Assembly (NCBI RefSeq): GCF_001194135.2
Contig: NC_068998.1
Span: forward strand, 40,833,716 to 40,897,715
From: Octopus bimaculoides
Lineage: Eukaryota
DNA: 64,000 nucleotides
Direction: 5' to 3'
The notes under the pieces are model-generated. The model did not search any database and was not told where the DNA came from. It saw only the letters and a list, made by a program, of their open reading frames with translations. Positions 27,169-40,530 of this stretch are shown one piece after another. A program made the translations under genes and the position numbers. The first letter of the stretch is position 1; each line of letters starts with the position of its first letter.

Positions 27169-28392
27169 TCAGGCTGAGTAAAAAGTAAACCACGTTTTGA
27201 AATATGAAATTCATCACAATGTATTTCAACGTTGTGGAAATTTTATTCATCAAAATAAGTACCATTACAATCAACACATATTTGCCAACAAGTTACAAGT
27301 TTGTTTATTCCAGTAACATAAAAATCTGGAGTTCTGGAGCTGATGAACTCTTTGAACACACTTTCAGCATCAGCTTGATTTTTGAACTCCTTCTCTTGCA
27401 GGAAATCATCAAGGTGCTTGAAAAAGTGGTAGTCGGTAGGAGAAAGATCTGGGGAATAAGCTGGGTGGGGAAGAACTTTGTAGCCAAGCTCCTTCAACCT
27501 CTGGAGTGTCATTAGTGAAATATGTGGTTGAGCATTGTCATGAAGAATGATTGGCCCTCTTCTGGGACAGAGGAATAGCAGTTTTTTGTTCATTTTGGTA
27601 ATTTCATGGCAATATGTTTCTTCAGTAATGGTTATTAGTGGATGAGTCCTGCAGTTCACCATCAAACAGTCACCATAACCTTCTTTTTGAAGACCTTGGG
27701 TTTAGGGAAGGTTTTCCATGCTTCATTTTGGTTCAACCACTGCGAGGAACGTTTTTAATTATTGTACAGAATCTACTTTTCATCACAAGTCACAATACGG
27801 TCGAGAAATGGATCGCTATGGTTACAGTGAAAAAGTGAGGAGCAAATTTCAGATCTGCTCATTTTCTGATTTTCATTCAAATCATGTGGTACCCAGTTGT
27901 CGTACTTTTTTGATTTTCTGATTGTATGCAAGTGGTTACAAGGCAGTTTTCTAGCTAACTTGGAGTTCTTTTGCCAGTGCTCGAGTGGTTTCATGTGGAT
28001 CTTTCTCAATGACAGGTGAGCGTCCACTATGCTTATGATCTTCAAGGCTAAGGTCTCCACTTCAAAATCGTTTAAACCATTTTTGAGCTGATCACTCACT
28101 GGTCATTTCTTCACCAAACATTTCGGTGATATCGTGAGCAGCTTTACGTCCTTTTTTGAAGTTGAAGAGCAAAATTGCAAGAATATTGCGCTTTCACAGT
28201 TTCATTTCAGAAGATTGTAACAATGGTGAAAAAAATTTCAACGTTAATTTATTGATGCATTTGAACACGTCTATGTCTGTATTATCAGACAATAATTGGA
28301 AAAGAATGTTTTTAAAAAAAATCAAAACTCTGCAAAGATCCGATACAAATTCTTCATGGTTCAAAACGCTGCTTAATTTTTATTCAACCTGA
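27169..28392 (-). mobile_element. mariner DNA transposon, D34D, Hsmar1/cecropia-like, 1224 bp
   Basis: TA duplication (27167-27168, 28393-28394); 33-bp TIRs tcaggctgagtaaaaagtaaaccacgttttgaa / tcaggttgaataaaaattaagcagcgttttgaa (27/33 identical); mariner transposase motifs inside. Confidence 0.95.
27243..28205 (-). pseudogene. mariner transposase pseudogene
   Basis: Motifs KKGRKAA, WFKRF, SLED..SGR, WVPHDL, IVTCDEK, LHDNAQPH, HPAYSPDLSPTDYHFF, GINKLV..WQ.CVDCNGTYFD; several in-frame stops, frameshifts and small deletions. Confidence 0.95.
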
Positions 28393-31300
28393 TATTTTTC
28401 AAGGCGGTGCCCCAGCATGACCGCAGTCTAATGACTGAAACAAGTAAAAGATAAAAGATGGGGCAAGAAGCGCGTCGTGGAGAGAGGAGGCGGGCAAAGA
28501 AAGCAAGGTGAACTTCCTCAAAAAGACAAGATACCAACCTTAAATTTTGCATCATGGATAGAATGAAGAGAGAAGGGAAGGTAGAAAAGTGAAATCAATA
28601 AATTCCAGCTAGCAGTTCGTCTTCTGCAGCTAAGAAATCTCAAAACACCCGCCTCTCATTCCAAAAACCATAGCAGAGAATTACGTAATGCTTAACAACA
28701 CTGTACAAAAGCGGGGAAATTGGAAGAGCATACAGAAACAGACATACGCACAAGGAAAATCGCGTTGAGTATAGAGACGTAAAGGACGAGAAACTCGGAG
28801 TAACAACAGAATATGAATAATGGAAAAAAAAAAATTGAACTAATTTCCTCGCCTCCCGCACAAGATTAAAACAGACAGGTTTTTTAAAAAAATGGTTATT
28901 GCGGAATGTGGAATGGAAAGGAGACACGAATGTAGTTGTTCTGGACATTAATATGAAATGGACACGACCGACTTGAATACGTTTGCCATGAGTGTGTATT
29001 TATATATGTATACACACACACACATTACACTAGACATGTGGGAATTGGGAAGATGACCTTATCTTTTCGTAAGATGGTTGAAGAATACGGAGAGAAAGAG
29101 AGAAGAGGGAAATTCTAAAATTTTCCAAGCAATTTCTTGCTCACATCCGACCATAAGCCATGTGTAGCATACAATATCACTAGACGTAGTTACACGCACA
29201 CGCTTCTTAATCTGATACTAAACACAGACAAGACACATTTGTAAGGGCAACGTAGACTGAGAGGTTGTAATTGAGATGTCCTTCATGGGAAAGAAGGGAA
29301 TTTCCAATTGAGACTTTAAGGACCGTCCAAAACTTATCACCTGACACTCCTACAGCAACCGCTACAATGACGCGTGGTGTGCCCCAGCATGGCCTTACCT
29401 GTGACAGCATACCATAATCACACAGTATGCGCCTTTTGCAGAGCATCATACTAATATATATGTATCATAGACACATGTATATTTATTATATGAGAAGCTT
29501 TTTATATTTCTGAGATACAAGGAAGATTGCGGGAAGAAGTTAAAGTTTTTAGGAAATTTGTTACTTATCGTAAATCCCAAATATCGGGTCTCTAAATGAC
29601 ATATCTCGGTACATCTGTACACATGCATGCGTGCGTTCATCTTTTCGTTGCCTGAAGGATCGCTCGTAGTGGAAAAAAAAAATGATGAGCAATGAAGGGG
29701 GTGATTCATCAGTTTCGAAAAACCTAATCTAAGCGTCGGTTCTTCCTTTAACCGTAACACCAACACACGAGTGGCTGCAGCAGAACAAGAAACATTAACA
29801 AGAACCTTCTGTCTTGTGTGTCGGTTGAAGAGAAGGTGAGAGAAGAGGAGGGCACACGGCCCCCATACATAATAAGTCCAGGGAAAGAGGACATTAACCA
29901 AACAGGGAGCTATGTACGTATTCACTGGAATCCTAAAAACAGCAGACAAATCTTTCTCAGATTATACTACTGTCTCTTTTTGTCCCCTCCCTTTTTAAAA
30001 AGAAGACATGAATATCAGTTCTTGATATACTCATGCCTCTGAAAATGCAATAGAAAAGAAAGTCGAGGTTATCACGGTTGCAAAATCTTTGATGATAATA
30101 GGCCGGGTGGCTCGAATCTGGTGGATAAACAATAACAAAAGGAGATTGCTGGTATTATTCCGTTGACTGATACGTCTGGAATTTAGTTAATCTATAACAC
30201 AGGTACAACATCGATTTTCCGGAACCATTGGTCCCGAAGCCTTTCAGGATTATTGATTTTCTTTTTTCCGAACCGGGAGTGGTCACCTTGGCCAACACCT
30301 TCTAAATTAAACAAATATTAAATCTACTTAAATAGTAAATGAAATACTGGTCCCTGCATATTAGTGTGAATTAGTACGATAAGTCGGTACTGTGCCTTTG
30401 GGGGAGGCGTTTAAAAATCCTAACCCTTACTCTCATCGCATTATCAATAAATAATGTGTGTGGGTGGTTATAATTGATTTGGTGATTCTTAAAAGTTTTT
30501 CACTTATAGGCTCCATTTCAGTTGGCAGAATCGTCAGAGTCGAAAGGGGGGCGGGGATAAGCTTTGCAGTGTTTATACTTGTCTTGAGTTCAAATACTGC
30601 AGAGGTCAACTCTGCCATCCATTCTTTCGGCGTGGACACAATAAAGTACCAGTCAAATACTTTATTGTCTTAATCTCTTTTCCCACGGAAGAGGAAGAGG
30701 CAACGGGACATTTCCTAATAAATCATAGATGAAACTAGATATAGTTATTAAATATTTCAAATAGTAATATATTATTAAGACACTGTTTCGAGAAAAGAAA
30801 ACAGTTTAGGGCTAATTGCTTTTAAAATGAAACCGTAGGGATATGGCACAAAACGGTTGAAATAGAGAAATTTGTCTTTGGTGACGCAATACAGCCAATA
30901 AAAAGATGACTGATCGATAATATTAGATGAAGAGGGGTTTGTATTTTGTAGCGTTTTAGAAAAATTATTTTAAACAAAGGAAATATTCAAGACTAACAGT
31001 AATCCTTATACACGTACAATGAAATATATTTCGTGGGAGCATTGTAGAAAAATCATGCAATGTTTAAACTACATAAGCTTTAAGGAGATGTTGAAAAATA
31101 TAGGGTATGATGTTCATAGTGATTGATTGGGGTGTGGAAGTGAAGATATATAGGAGATGAAAGCCCTTCCCCCACCTGTACAAATTCTCGTTGCAGTGTA
31201 TTTGATAACCGTTTCGAAAGAAAAAAAATACGTATTAGAAAAGAAACGATCAAATGAGTAAGAGAGGATGGGAGAGTTAGTAAACAGGTTGATAAGAGAG

Positions 31301-32407
31301 AGAGAGAGAAGGCCGCCAGAGAGAAAGAAAAGAACAGTGTCTAAGAGCGGACGAATACATATAGAAATAGCTTTGGATTAACATGAGGTAGAAACGGAAG
31401 GGGAGGAGGATGACGGACAAGAGAGAGGAGAAGGAGAAGGATTGACTAGAAGCAAAGCGTAGCGAGAGAAAGGAAAGGAGAAGGATGAGGTGTGAAATAG
31501 ACGAGGAAGAAGGGGAAAGAGTATGAAGAAGTAACAAAAACAAAACGAAAGGGAGAGGTGGGAGAACGCGTGGCACAGGAGGATGAGGAGCGGTAAGAGG
31601 TAAGATTAAAATATGTTTGGCTAGCTTGGTTCGGTGGAAGGTTTTGCTAACGAGCCGAGGTCATTATAGTGTGTCGCTGGTTGCCTGCCTCCGCCCACCA
31701 CTACAGTACTATCTATTACTACGACTACTACTACTACTACCACCATCACTAACAGTCAGCATATAGCAACGAGAAGACCCTCTCTGATTATGTTACTATG
31801 TTTAAGGAGAGAGTGAGGGCGGAGGAGATATTTAATAGGACCCCCCACCGACCTAGACTACTATCACTCCACCACCACCATCACTGCTAACCAAGGTTTC
31901 TGACATGGCAGAACAAGCAAAGGTTTGTTTGAAAAAGGAACATATATATAAAACTCGGGGGGACCACGATCAACGAAAATATAACATCAAGAAAAAAAGT
32001 GTATTAAAAAAAAAAACAATCAAATATCGTTATTAAAGTAATAGAATATCAAAACCTAACTTAAATACGAAAACGGGTGTGAAATGCTTTGGTCGTGTGG
32101 TATTTAGAGTCTAAGAAAATTGTTTCGAATTCCATTCCAAGGAAATCGTTTCCAATTACGTCGCTATTTCTTGAGAAGCACGACCTACAGAAACCTCATG
32201 CCTGTGTGTGTGTGTGTGTGCGTGACGCTAATTTTATCTTTTTTCTAAGGTTATTTTATCTCCCAAAATTTCTTTGAACTCCAAATAATTTTGTTAAGAA
32301 CAGTAAAACCTCCCAGGTCCATCATGATTATTCGTAAAAAAGAAGAATATACGGAGAGAAATAAAGTTAAAAAGTAGATCACAGACGTGCCTGCAATACC
32401 TGTTTAA

Positions 32408-32443
<36 letters not shown>

Positions 32444-33617
32444 AAAATAACAAACGAATGTATTCTGTTCAGAAAGGGGAGGTACGGTGATTCATAAACG
32501 AAAATATCAGCAATAATTGCTAGAAAATGTGAGAGGAAATGTCGAAGTAAAGTTTACATAAGCCAATCTCATTTTTAGTACGACAGCCGAGTGAGGGAAA
32601 ATTCAACGACAGAACTTAATAAGCCCATTAAATAATACCAACAGCATTTCTAGAAGAGATGCTTTATTCTCTAAAATGGTAATATATAAAGACAATATCT
32701 AAAAATGAACTTCGACAAATTGCAAAAAATCGAAAGCTACATTTATATATATATATATGTATGTAGTGTTCAGTACAGATTAAAAAAAGAACGCACACAC
32801 ATTACATGCATGATATATTATATAACTATTAGTAAGGAAATGCATTAAAAAAGTATATAAAGATTAGAAATGGGAATTGCAAGGCATAATAATAATAGTG
32901 AAATTCTGTAACATTTATATGTACATATACATGTGAGTAGCTAGCCAAAGTACTTTCCACTACTCTAGTGTTGGAAAGGCAGAAACGACGATAGCAGTAG
33001 TAGTAGTTGTAATATAGCAGTCTAGTTTGGTCGAACAATAGATGTAAGAGGGGAGGAAATAGGAGAGACAAAGATAGAAAAAGCGTTGAAGACATTTAGT
33101 GGACGACAGCAGAGACAATGAGTACAGGCCAACGCTCGCTGTTGTTATTTTGTTTAGCCCCGGGTCAACTCTGGTAAAAGCAGACCGAAGATCTAAAAGT
33201 ATTCCGGCCATGGCCATCCCATTTTTTACTCCATTACTTTATAAATCCTTTCTCTACCGCGGTAGGGTGCAACCGAGGGGAGAAAGACTTTATTTATTAG
33301 CATCCAACGACCATGAAAAAAAACAAACAAACAACTCCTTGGTTGGTTAAGAGCAATGTGTCCTTTCTCTCTATCTTTAATTTCCAGGGTGACTAATCTG
33401 CATCTATTTCTAGCAGGCCGAACGACCAGAGTAAAGAGGCTTTCGTCATTGTATTACAAAAATGAGTGGCAGCCACATCAACGACCTTCCCCTTCAGTAT
33501 TTTTTATGGTGGTGTTGGTGAAAGGCGGTAACGATGAACTATAAGCAACGGAAACGAAATGGACTTGTGTATGCAACTTGATAAACGAGGGCAAGCAGCA
33601 GTGTTTAAGTGTTCTGA

Positions 33618-33650
<33 letters not shown>

Positions 33651-33728
33651 TTATAGATACATGGTCATGTGCGATTATGTGTACGTATAATTCTTAAGAC
33701 TTCCACATTGCGTGTGGGTGTATGTGTT

Positions 33729-33782
<54 letters not shown>

Positions 33783-34631
33783 TGCCTTAACACGTTTATC
33801 AAAATACACAAGATAAATTGAAATAGTAGTCGAACATATGTAGATATATATATATACAACCGTGTATATGTTTACGTGTACTTATGTTTCTTGTATATAC
33901 ACACGTATATTAAATCCTGCGGACTCTCCAAGAAGCGATAAATTACAGAACTTACACACACACACACATAGATATACTTTATATATATAAAACCTTAATT
34001 GCCACTCCTCTAAGCACCATGCCTTCGCTGGTAATCGGAGCCTTTTTTGTCACGAAGTGTTTGATGTGTTATACAAAGTGAGATTATATTTATTAAATAT
34101 ATTTGCGACGGTTTAAAGAAAGGAAAATCTAAACACATTATCTATCGCGTAGTCTTTTTTTCTTTACACAGTAAACTGAACATTTACAATGAACAAAGAA
34201 AAAGATACTTAACCTATATATGTATGTCGTTATATTAAACACGCAATTTTCTCCCCCCCCCTATCCGTGTATGTGTGTATATATACGCGCTTGAATGTCG
34301 TGCGTTTCTGTTGTCAATCCACTAATGTATACATCCGTAGAACATGCTCCATACATTAACAACGCCATCCAGGGAGCTTCTAAATAGTCACAAAACATGC
34401 TAGAAATAGCAGCGAAATATTCTTCCACTAACTCGGTGTTAAAAAGTGAAGAAGGCGTTGTACAATGTACTTTTGAGTGCACTGAAGCTCGGGGGATAAA
34501 AGTATTTAAAATGGTCATGGCCAGAACGTCTCAGGACAGCTGAAACAAAACAACGCCTTCGTGTGTTCGTGTATTGCATCCACTTCCAATTTTAAACACG
34601 CGATTCACGTAGCCTACCGTAAAACACAAAG

Positions 34632-34750
34632 NNNNNNNNNNNNNNNNNNNNNNNNNNNNNNNNNNNNNNNNNNNNNNNNNNNNNNNNNNNNNNNNNNNNN
34701 NNNNNNNNNNNNNNNNNNNNNNNNNNNNNNNNNNNNNNNNNNNNNNNNNN
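34632..34750. other. assembly gap (119 N)
   Basis: Run of N. Confidence 1.
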
Positions 34751-36188
34751 ATATATATGTGTGTGTGTGTGTTGTATTACAGAGCAAGAAAAGCTATCAC
34801 AAACCCTGATTTATTTAAACACAAGTTTCTGCGCATACGCTGTATCTATATATAAACATACAGAAATATAAAGACATTCGTGACAAACTACACTCCCGAT
34901 CGTTTCTACACATACATACACTGCATGTGAATTGTATTAAAATGTTATGTAGTACAATTGTTGTCTATGAAGCTACTGAGCCTCTGGACAAAGTGTTAGG
35001 CGTTTTGAAAAGGGACATGTGCATGATGTCTGTCTGGTGTATATATATATGTCAAGAACGTAACTCGTTCAGTCAATTACTAATGCCTTATTTTCTTCTT
35101 GTTGCTTACATATTTATGGTACAGTAAACTGTGTTTCATTTCCCCTATGGCTGTCTCCATTCTTCGTAGACATTCGACTAGTTTAGCTTCTTTCTTTCAT
35201 TTACCACTTCCCCCTCCTCCTGTTTGTTGGTCCACCAGTTAAAAGGTAACAAATACCACTAGTAATTTACGACTGTAAAAATAACCAGTGAGCACACACA
35301 CACACACATAGATATGTTTTAATACACAAACTACACCCTACAAATGGAAGAAACACCCACAGAAAACTCAATGCCTGTTTAGCCTGAGGTCATCCTAAAT
35401 CGGACAGATCTACCATCAAAGTGATCCAATCGTGGTCATCCAATCTTTACGCCGTTCACCTTTAAGAACAATGTACCCAGGATCATGTTATCCAAAAGTG
35501 TTCTAGTTTTCCAAGATAGTGGGATGTGATTTAACGGGAACTTATTTGGCATTTCTAGTATGTCGAACCTCCACGAAGACGTACCCCCGTTGGCTCGCTA
35601 AATAAATAAATGTAGCTGAGCTCATCGAAATGAATCATCAGTTTCGAAGGAATACACACACACACATTCATATCATACTCTCTTTTGTCCCTGGATCACC
35701 AGATCACTGAGGCGTCTTGAGTTTCCTTTTAGAAGAAAATTTGTGTCACTTATCACCAATCGTCCCTTACGAAATCGACGAAACTCATATAAGCCGTATG
35801 TGTACGTGCGCACACACCACAGACGTATAAAATATGATCAAGAAGGCTACTGTATAATTAAATAGGCGCACTCGACAAGGAAAAAAAAAACATAAGTATC
35901 ATACAGCCACTTACATTATATATATATATACCTGCAAACATATACATTACGGAAGTATATATATATATATTCAGCCCATTGTGTGTGTACAGAAAATGTT
36001 TATTTCGCTCAATTACCAAGTTCTCAATATATGTATGTGCAAGATAAACAAGAATCCATGACTGCTAACAAACCTCACCTACCCCTGCAATAGAGTACAA
36101 AGTGGAATCGTCCAGAACGTTGACAACGAACATTTACGTATGTCGGGCTAGTCTAATATTCTGACTTTCTACATACCAATCGTGTTCC

Positions 36189-36229
<41 letters not shown>

Positions 36230-37309
36230 CAAGCTGAAGAAAAAAGTGAAGAAAAGAGCTGTTTAATGCCGTGTTTTATTCGTGGTGAAGTAAAGAAATA
36301 AATAAAACCTGATTGTACAACTGAAGATTTCATTGATTTTTGTTTTTTGTTTTCACTGAACAGACGACAAGGAATGACGGTAGGAGGACTTAAGAGGAGG
36401 AGGAGGAGAATGAGAAGCACTAGGGGGTGAGAATCAGAGAGCGAAAAGTCCTGAAACAAAAGAGAGAGAAGTGGGGGGGGGGTAGAGTATTAGGAAAAAA
36501 ATAGATAGAGAGAAAGAGAGCTGTGAAAAAGTGGAACACGAAAAGAGGGATAAAAATAGAGAAAAACGAAAAAGAATGGAGAGAAAGAAATAAGGAGAAA
36601 GGATGAGAGAGAAAATAAGGAGAAAGAGTGAGCTAGAGAGAGAGGGGGGTTATTGTGATTGTTGAAATGTGTAGTCGACGGCTGGTGGTGGTGGTAGGTC
36701 GAGTTCATTTTTGAATTTGAAGCCAGTCGACTCGCTCAGATATTGCATAGGAAATAAAGCGCGCTACAAGGATAAGAAAGAGAGAGAGAGGGAGGGAGGA
36801 GAAGAATTGTATGATGGAAGGATGGAATGAACGAACGAATACAACACAACAGAGACACCATACAAACATAGCATACAAATATTTCCTCTCAGACTTATGT
36901 TTATTTTATCAACAATATATAAGTGCACTATAGACAACAAACAATCTACTTTAATTTTTTACTAAGAACGAAGGAATTTTACGGGAAAAGAAAATATAAC
37001 ATTTACAAAGAAAATTATCAGACGGACATTAATTAAGGCAGGAAAAAAATAAAAAGATGGTAGAGTGAGAGAGAGACCCATAAAAAGCAGACGGATAAAA
37101 ATAGAGATGCATTTCAGAAATGAATTAACGAGAACATTGGCAATCTACGATGTTCAGAAAATGGGGAAAAAAAAAGCCTGGCTGGCTTAGTTTTTGTTTG
37201 TGCGTTACGTTTTAGTTTTGGTTGTTTAGGAAGACATGATCAGACATTAAAGTTGTACAAAATCATGTTGTTAATATCTACAAATAGGATATATATATAT
37301 ATATATATA

Positions 37310-37545
37310 TAGTTTTAGGGAAAAGAACCAAGGTTCATGAACTCATCGATGAAAATCCACTGTCACATATAGAAAAATTAATAATTAAAAGCACAATAAA
37401 TGAGTATAATATAATACAAAGTAAATATCATAAGATAAAGATAATAAAACGACTACACGTGTTTCATAACTAATTTTCAAATAGAAAGGAAATTTTAATC
37501 GATTAAAATCAATTAGAATTATCGAAAATAAATTCTAATCAAAAA
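37310..37545 (-). mobile_element. probable Penelope-like terminal fragment between (TA)n tracts
   Basis: Minus strand carries GAAA-CACGTG-TA-GTCG (37465-37450), the same palindromic-loop architecture as the 46.8-kb hammerhead motif; short local palindromes at 37492-37540. Confidence 0.4.
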
Positions 37546-38361
37546 TATATATATATCCAATGTTATATTGACGTGAAGATAGAAGACAAGAGAGAAGGAA
37601 AATATTTGAACCAGATATATTTTATGGTCGACTGGAACGAAGCCAAAATAACAGATGTATGCAGAAATAGATAGTTGATGTGTTTGTATGGAAACGTATG
37701 CAAATTTATATGTGAAATATACATGTGTAGATGTATATGTATATTATTTAAATAAATGGGTGTGATGTTTTAGAAATCGTACCAAATAGCACACGTATAT
37801 TTATATACATATATACACGCGCACACATAATATAGTATATACAAATGAAAGATGTAGGTCACCCCGATTTGATGCTCGATGGGGGGAAAAAGAGGGGAAA
37901 TAGGTAAACAAAATAAACAACCGGTCAAACAAAGCAAAATCGACACAAAAGAGTATTTACTTCTGGCTACCGTTTTGACAACAAACAACATTAGAAGAAG
38001 AGGATAAAATGCCCGTAGATATTGAACAGATAAGTATAATAGCAATTGCAATATTATGGTTGTGCATTCACGTCAAAGAGAGAAGAAAAAAAAGGCACAC
38101 GACACGGATATAATGTTGTTACATATGTACATTGAAAACTACGAAACCTGCGGCCCCGGTCGAACATCTGACGAAAATATCCTAACGTATGGAACATCCG
38201 ATGTGTGGAGAGAAAAAATCAGCGATATTTACCTTCAGACATTGGATGATGACGGCGATTTTTCCCCAGTTATTGAAAACGAGTATGGCAAACTAGCCAC
38301 ATCTACCACCATCAGCGATGTACCATCCTAACTTCTCTAACAACATTTGGAAATCCCTTAC

Positions 38362-38580
38362 GTCATTCTCGTCAGCCAACCAGCGACGAGCGGCCACTTT
38401 GAAACGCCAATGGAAAAACATGGGCTTGTCTTCCGGGTTAGCAGTCGTCGTAGCAATCAGCTTGCTAGCAAGACGCGCCATCCAGTGTTTGGTGGTGGTT
38501 GGTAAAGCTTGCAGCTGTGTTGCTGAGGTGATTCTCAAGCGAAGCACACACACCACCTTAATGGTTGTTTTGTATTTTAA
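38362..38580 (-). CDS. candidate coding exon (219 nt, phase 0-0) or start of a 62-aa ORF (ATG 38481 to stop 38293)
   Basis: Acceptor tttttctcgctttttgaaatttccgcag| at 38581; donor GAC|GTAAGG at 38362/38361; open frame ...MARLASKLIATTTANPEDKPMFFHWRFKVAARRWLADEND; GC/CpG-rich, non-repetitive island. Protein not recognised. Confidence 0.45.
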
Positions 38581-38629
38581 CTGCGGAAATTTCAAAAAGC
38601 GAGAAAAATAATAATTTGATACAGATGTC

Positions 38630-38975
38630 GACTAGGGGAGCCTCTCGAACACTTTAATCTGCTGGAGATAGCAACCAAATCTCACTCTAACCATCTGATA
38701 AAAAGGAAGGACATTTGTATAGACGTCGCAGACCATGAGAATAGTAACATTACTGCACACTATAAACCAACTAAGCTGCCTCTCAGCAAAAAGAAATTTG
38801 AAATCGTGAAAAAGACTAAGACGAAGGCACCTCTCGATCGCTTTAATCTACAAGAGATAGCAACCAAATCTCACCGTACAATTTGATACAAAGGAAGGAC
38901 AGTGTGGACGACGCGGTTAATATTACCATATATGGGTGTAATAACATTAGTACGAAACTATAAACCAACAAGAAA
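38630..38975. repeat. two diverged tandem copies (~185 bp) of the unclassified GCTGCTATTTCTAGC repeat family
   Basis: cctctcgaacactttaatctgctggagatagcaaccaaatctcac...aaaggaaggaca...actataaaccaac repeats as cctctcgatcgctttaatctacaagagatagcaaccaaatctcac...aaaggaaggaca...actataaaccaac. Confidence 0.7.
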
Positions 38976-40199
38976 ACTATAGAAAAGGTTGATTGTCCAG
39001 TTCGAAATAGTGTTCATGTTTTAGTACCGAGTTTAGCGCTAATGAAGTTAACCGCCGATCGAAGACGTTCCTCTTATGACCGCCACCCTCTCCTTTCTTT
39101 CTTTTACTTTCAGACTGTATCTAGAAACACGTTAACCATTTTTGAAATTCTTTTTTTTATAGAAAAAAAAAGTTGGGTGTGATTTGAAAAAAAATTTGGT
39201 TGCGATTTCTAACAGGTGAAGCGATCATCGTTGGCGAAATTAGGATACTTCGTTAATCGACTCTGATGGCATCCTTATAAATTGTTTCAGTGAAATCAGA
39301 TTACACACATACATATATATACATTACACACACACACACATACAGACGTGTCAGGTATCAGGTTTCTAGGAGTAAAATAAATAAATAAAAATAACCAATG
39401 CAGTGCACTGAAATAAAAACTAATTATTATTGTTACCAACAAGAATAATAATTCAGCAAATAAAAAATATTTTCATTATTTGATTTAGGAACCAAAAACA
39501 AGCAATCAGCCACCCGGATGATACCGCGGAAAGCATTCGGTCTAGTAAACATTTGCATTGCATTTCTGCCTCGATTCTTCTTTGCTGCATGAAAGTGTGA
39601 TGTAGCTACTTTGGTGAAGGATTGAAAATTCTTAGCAGCGTGTATGCATGTATATATTTGGGTATGTGTGTGTGTGCATAAAATGTTGATTTAAATTTCT
39701 TATATATGGTCTTCTGTTTCTTTTCTTTTAGCTTATTTTAATAGGGTGGCGGAAGTTTGACATAAATCTTTCTAATAAACTGGGTGTGAAAGAACATTCG
39801 ACGCTCATATTTTCTCACCGAAAATTGTTACAAAAGAATCGTGGCGACTGGGTTCGATAACAAGCAGTAACCCTCCTTTTTCTTCTCATATTTGTTGCTG
39901 ATGCACATATGATATGCATGTGCGCACTTCTATACTACATTCAAATTTCGCTGCTGTGTACTAAACCACATACGTACGTACATACATTTATTTATGCTAG
40001 CAAGGACAACCTTTTTCGAGAAGCGGGTCGCAGGTTGCTCATGACTGATTTATACGTACATACAGTTGCTTGAAATGGAATGTATTTTTCATAATTTGAT
40101 AGGAAAACAAAAAACTTTACCAAATCGTACAGCATGAAGCAATAATGGTATTCCATGGTAACCATGCTTGACAGCAAAGAGGTTGAAGACATGGTAATC

Positions 40200-40530
40200 T
40201 CCCAGGTGTGGTAGGAAATGAAACGAAGAAGGCCAAGGATGCCACTCTGTTTAACACCACCACCTGGATTTTGAATGGCTTCAGTATTGCAAGCTATTAG
40301 ACTAGATCTACCACCATCACTTTCCTTTCTGGCCATGGTTTTCCTGTAGATGATTTGACTGGGTATCAACTATGATCTGCAAAAGATCAGCAGAGATAAT
40401 GGCCACAGTTTATTCTCCCACACCTGCCATCAAACATTCTTTTGCAGTAGCATAAATCAGACTGGTCTTCAGATGAAACAAACTCACACACATATCCAAG
40501 TCCATTCACAAGATATTTAACAAACAGAAG
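40200..40530 (+). mobile_element. possible very decayed LINE reverse-transcriptase fragment
   Basis: Mixed-frame TITFLSGHG / VFL*MI*LGINYDLQKISRDN / QTGLQ loosely resembles ITLLS.PGKVF.RI...RI...Q.GFR; many stops. Confidence 0.3.

Larger units (their letters stand above)
26860..28460 (+). mobile_element. CORE-type SINE (family A) split by the mariner: body 26860-27166, tail 28395-28460
   Basis: SINE body ends ...gtactggagttgatttgaca|TA and resumes after the mariner as TA|tttttcaaggcggtgccccagcatgaccgcagtctaatgactgaaacaagtaaaagataaaagat. Confidence 0.8.

Noticed and set aside
36169-36450. Strong acceptor followed by a signal-peptide-like poly-Leu ORF
   Set aside because: The Leu run comes from a (CCT)n microsatellite, there is no good donor, and the frame ends in a (TA)n tract.
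39738-39870. tRNA-like GGTTCGA box and a minus-strand donor CG|GTGAGA as a possible 5' UTR exon
   Set aside because: No cloverleaf; the stretch starts tagggtg... and looks like a fragment of a dispersed DNA-transposon-derived repeat.
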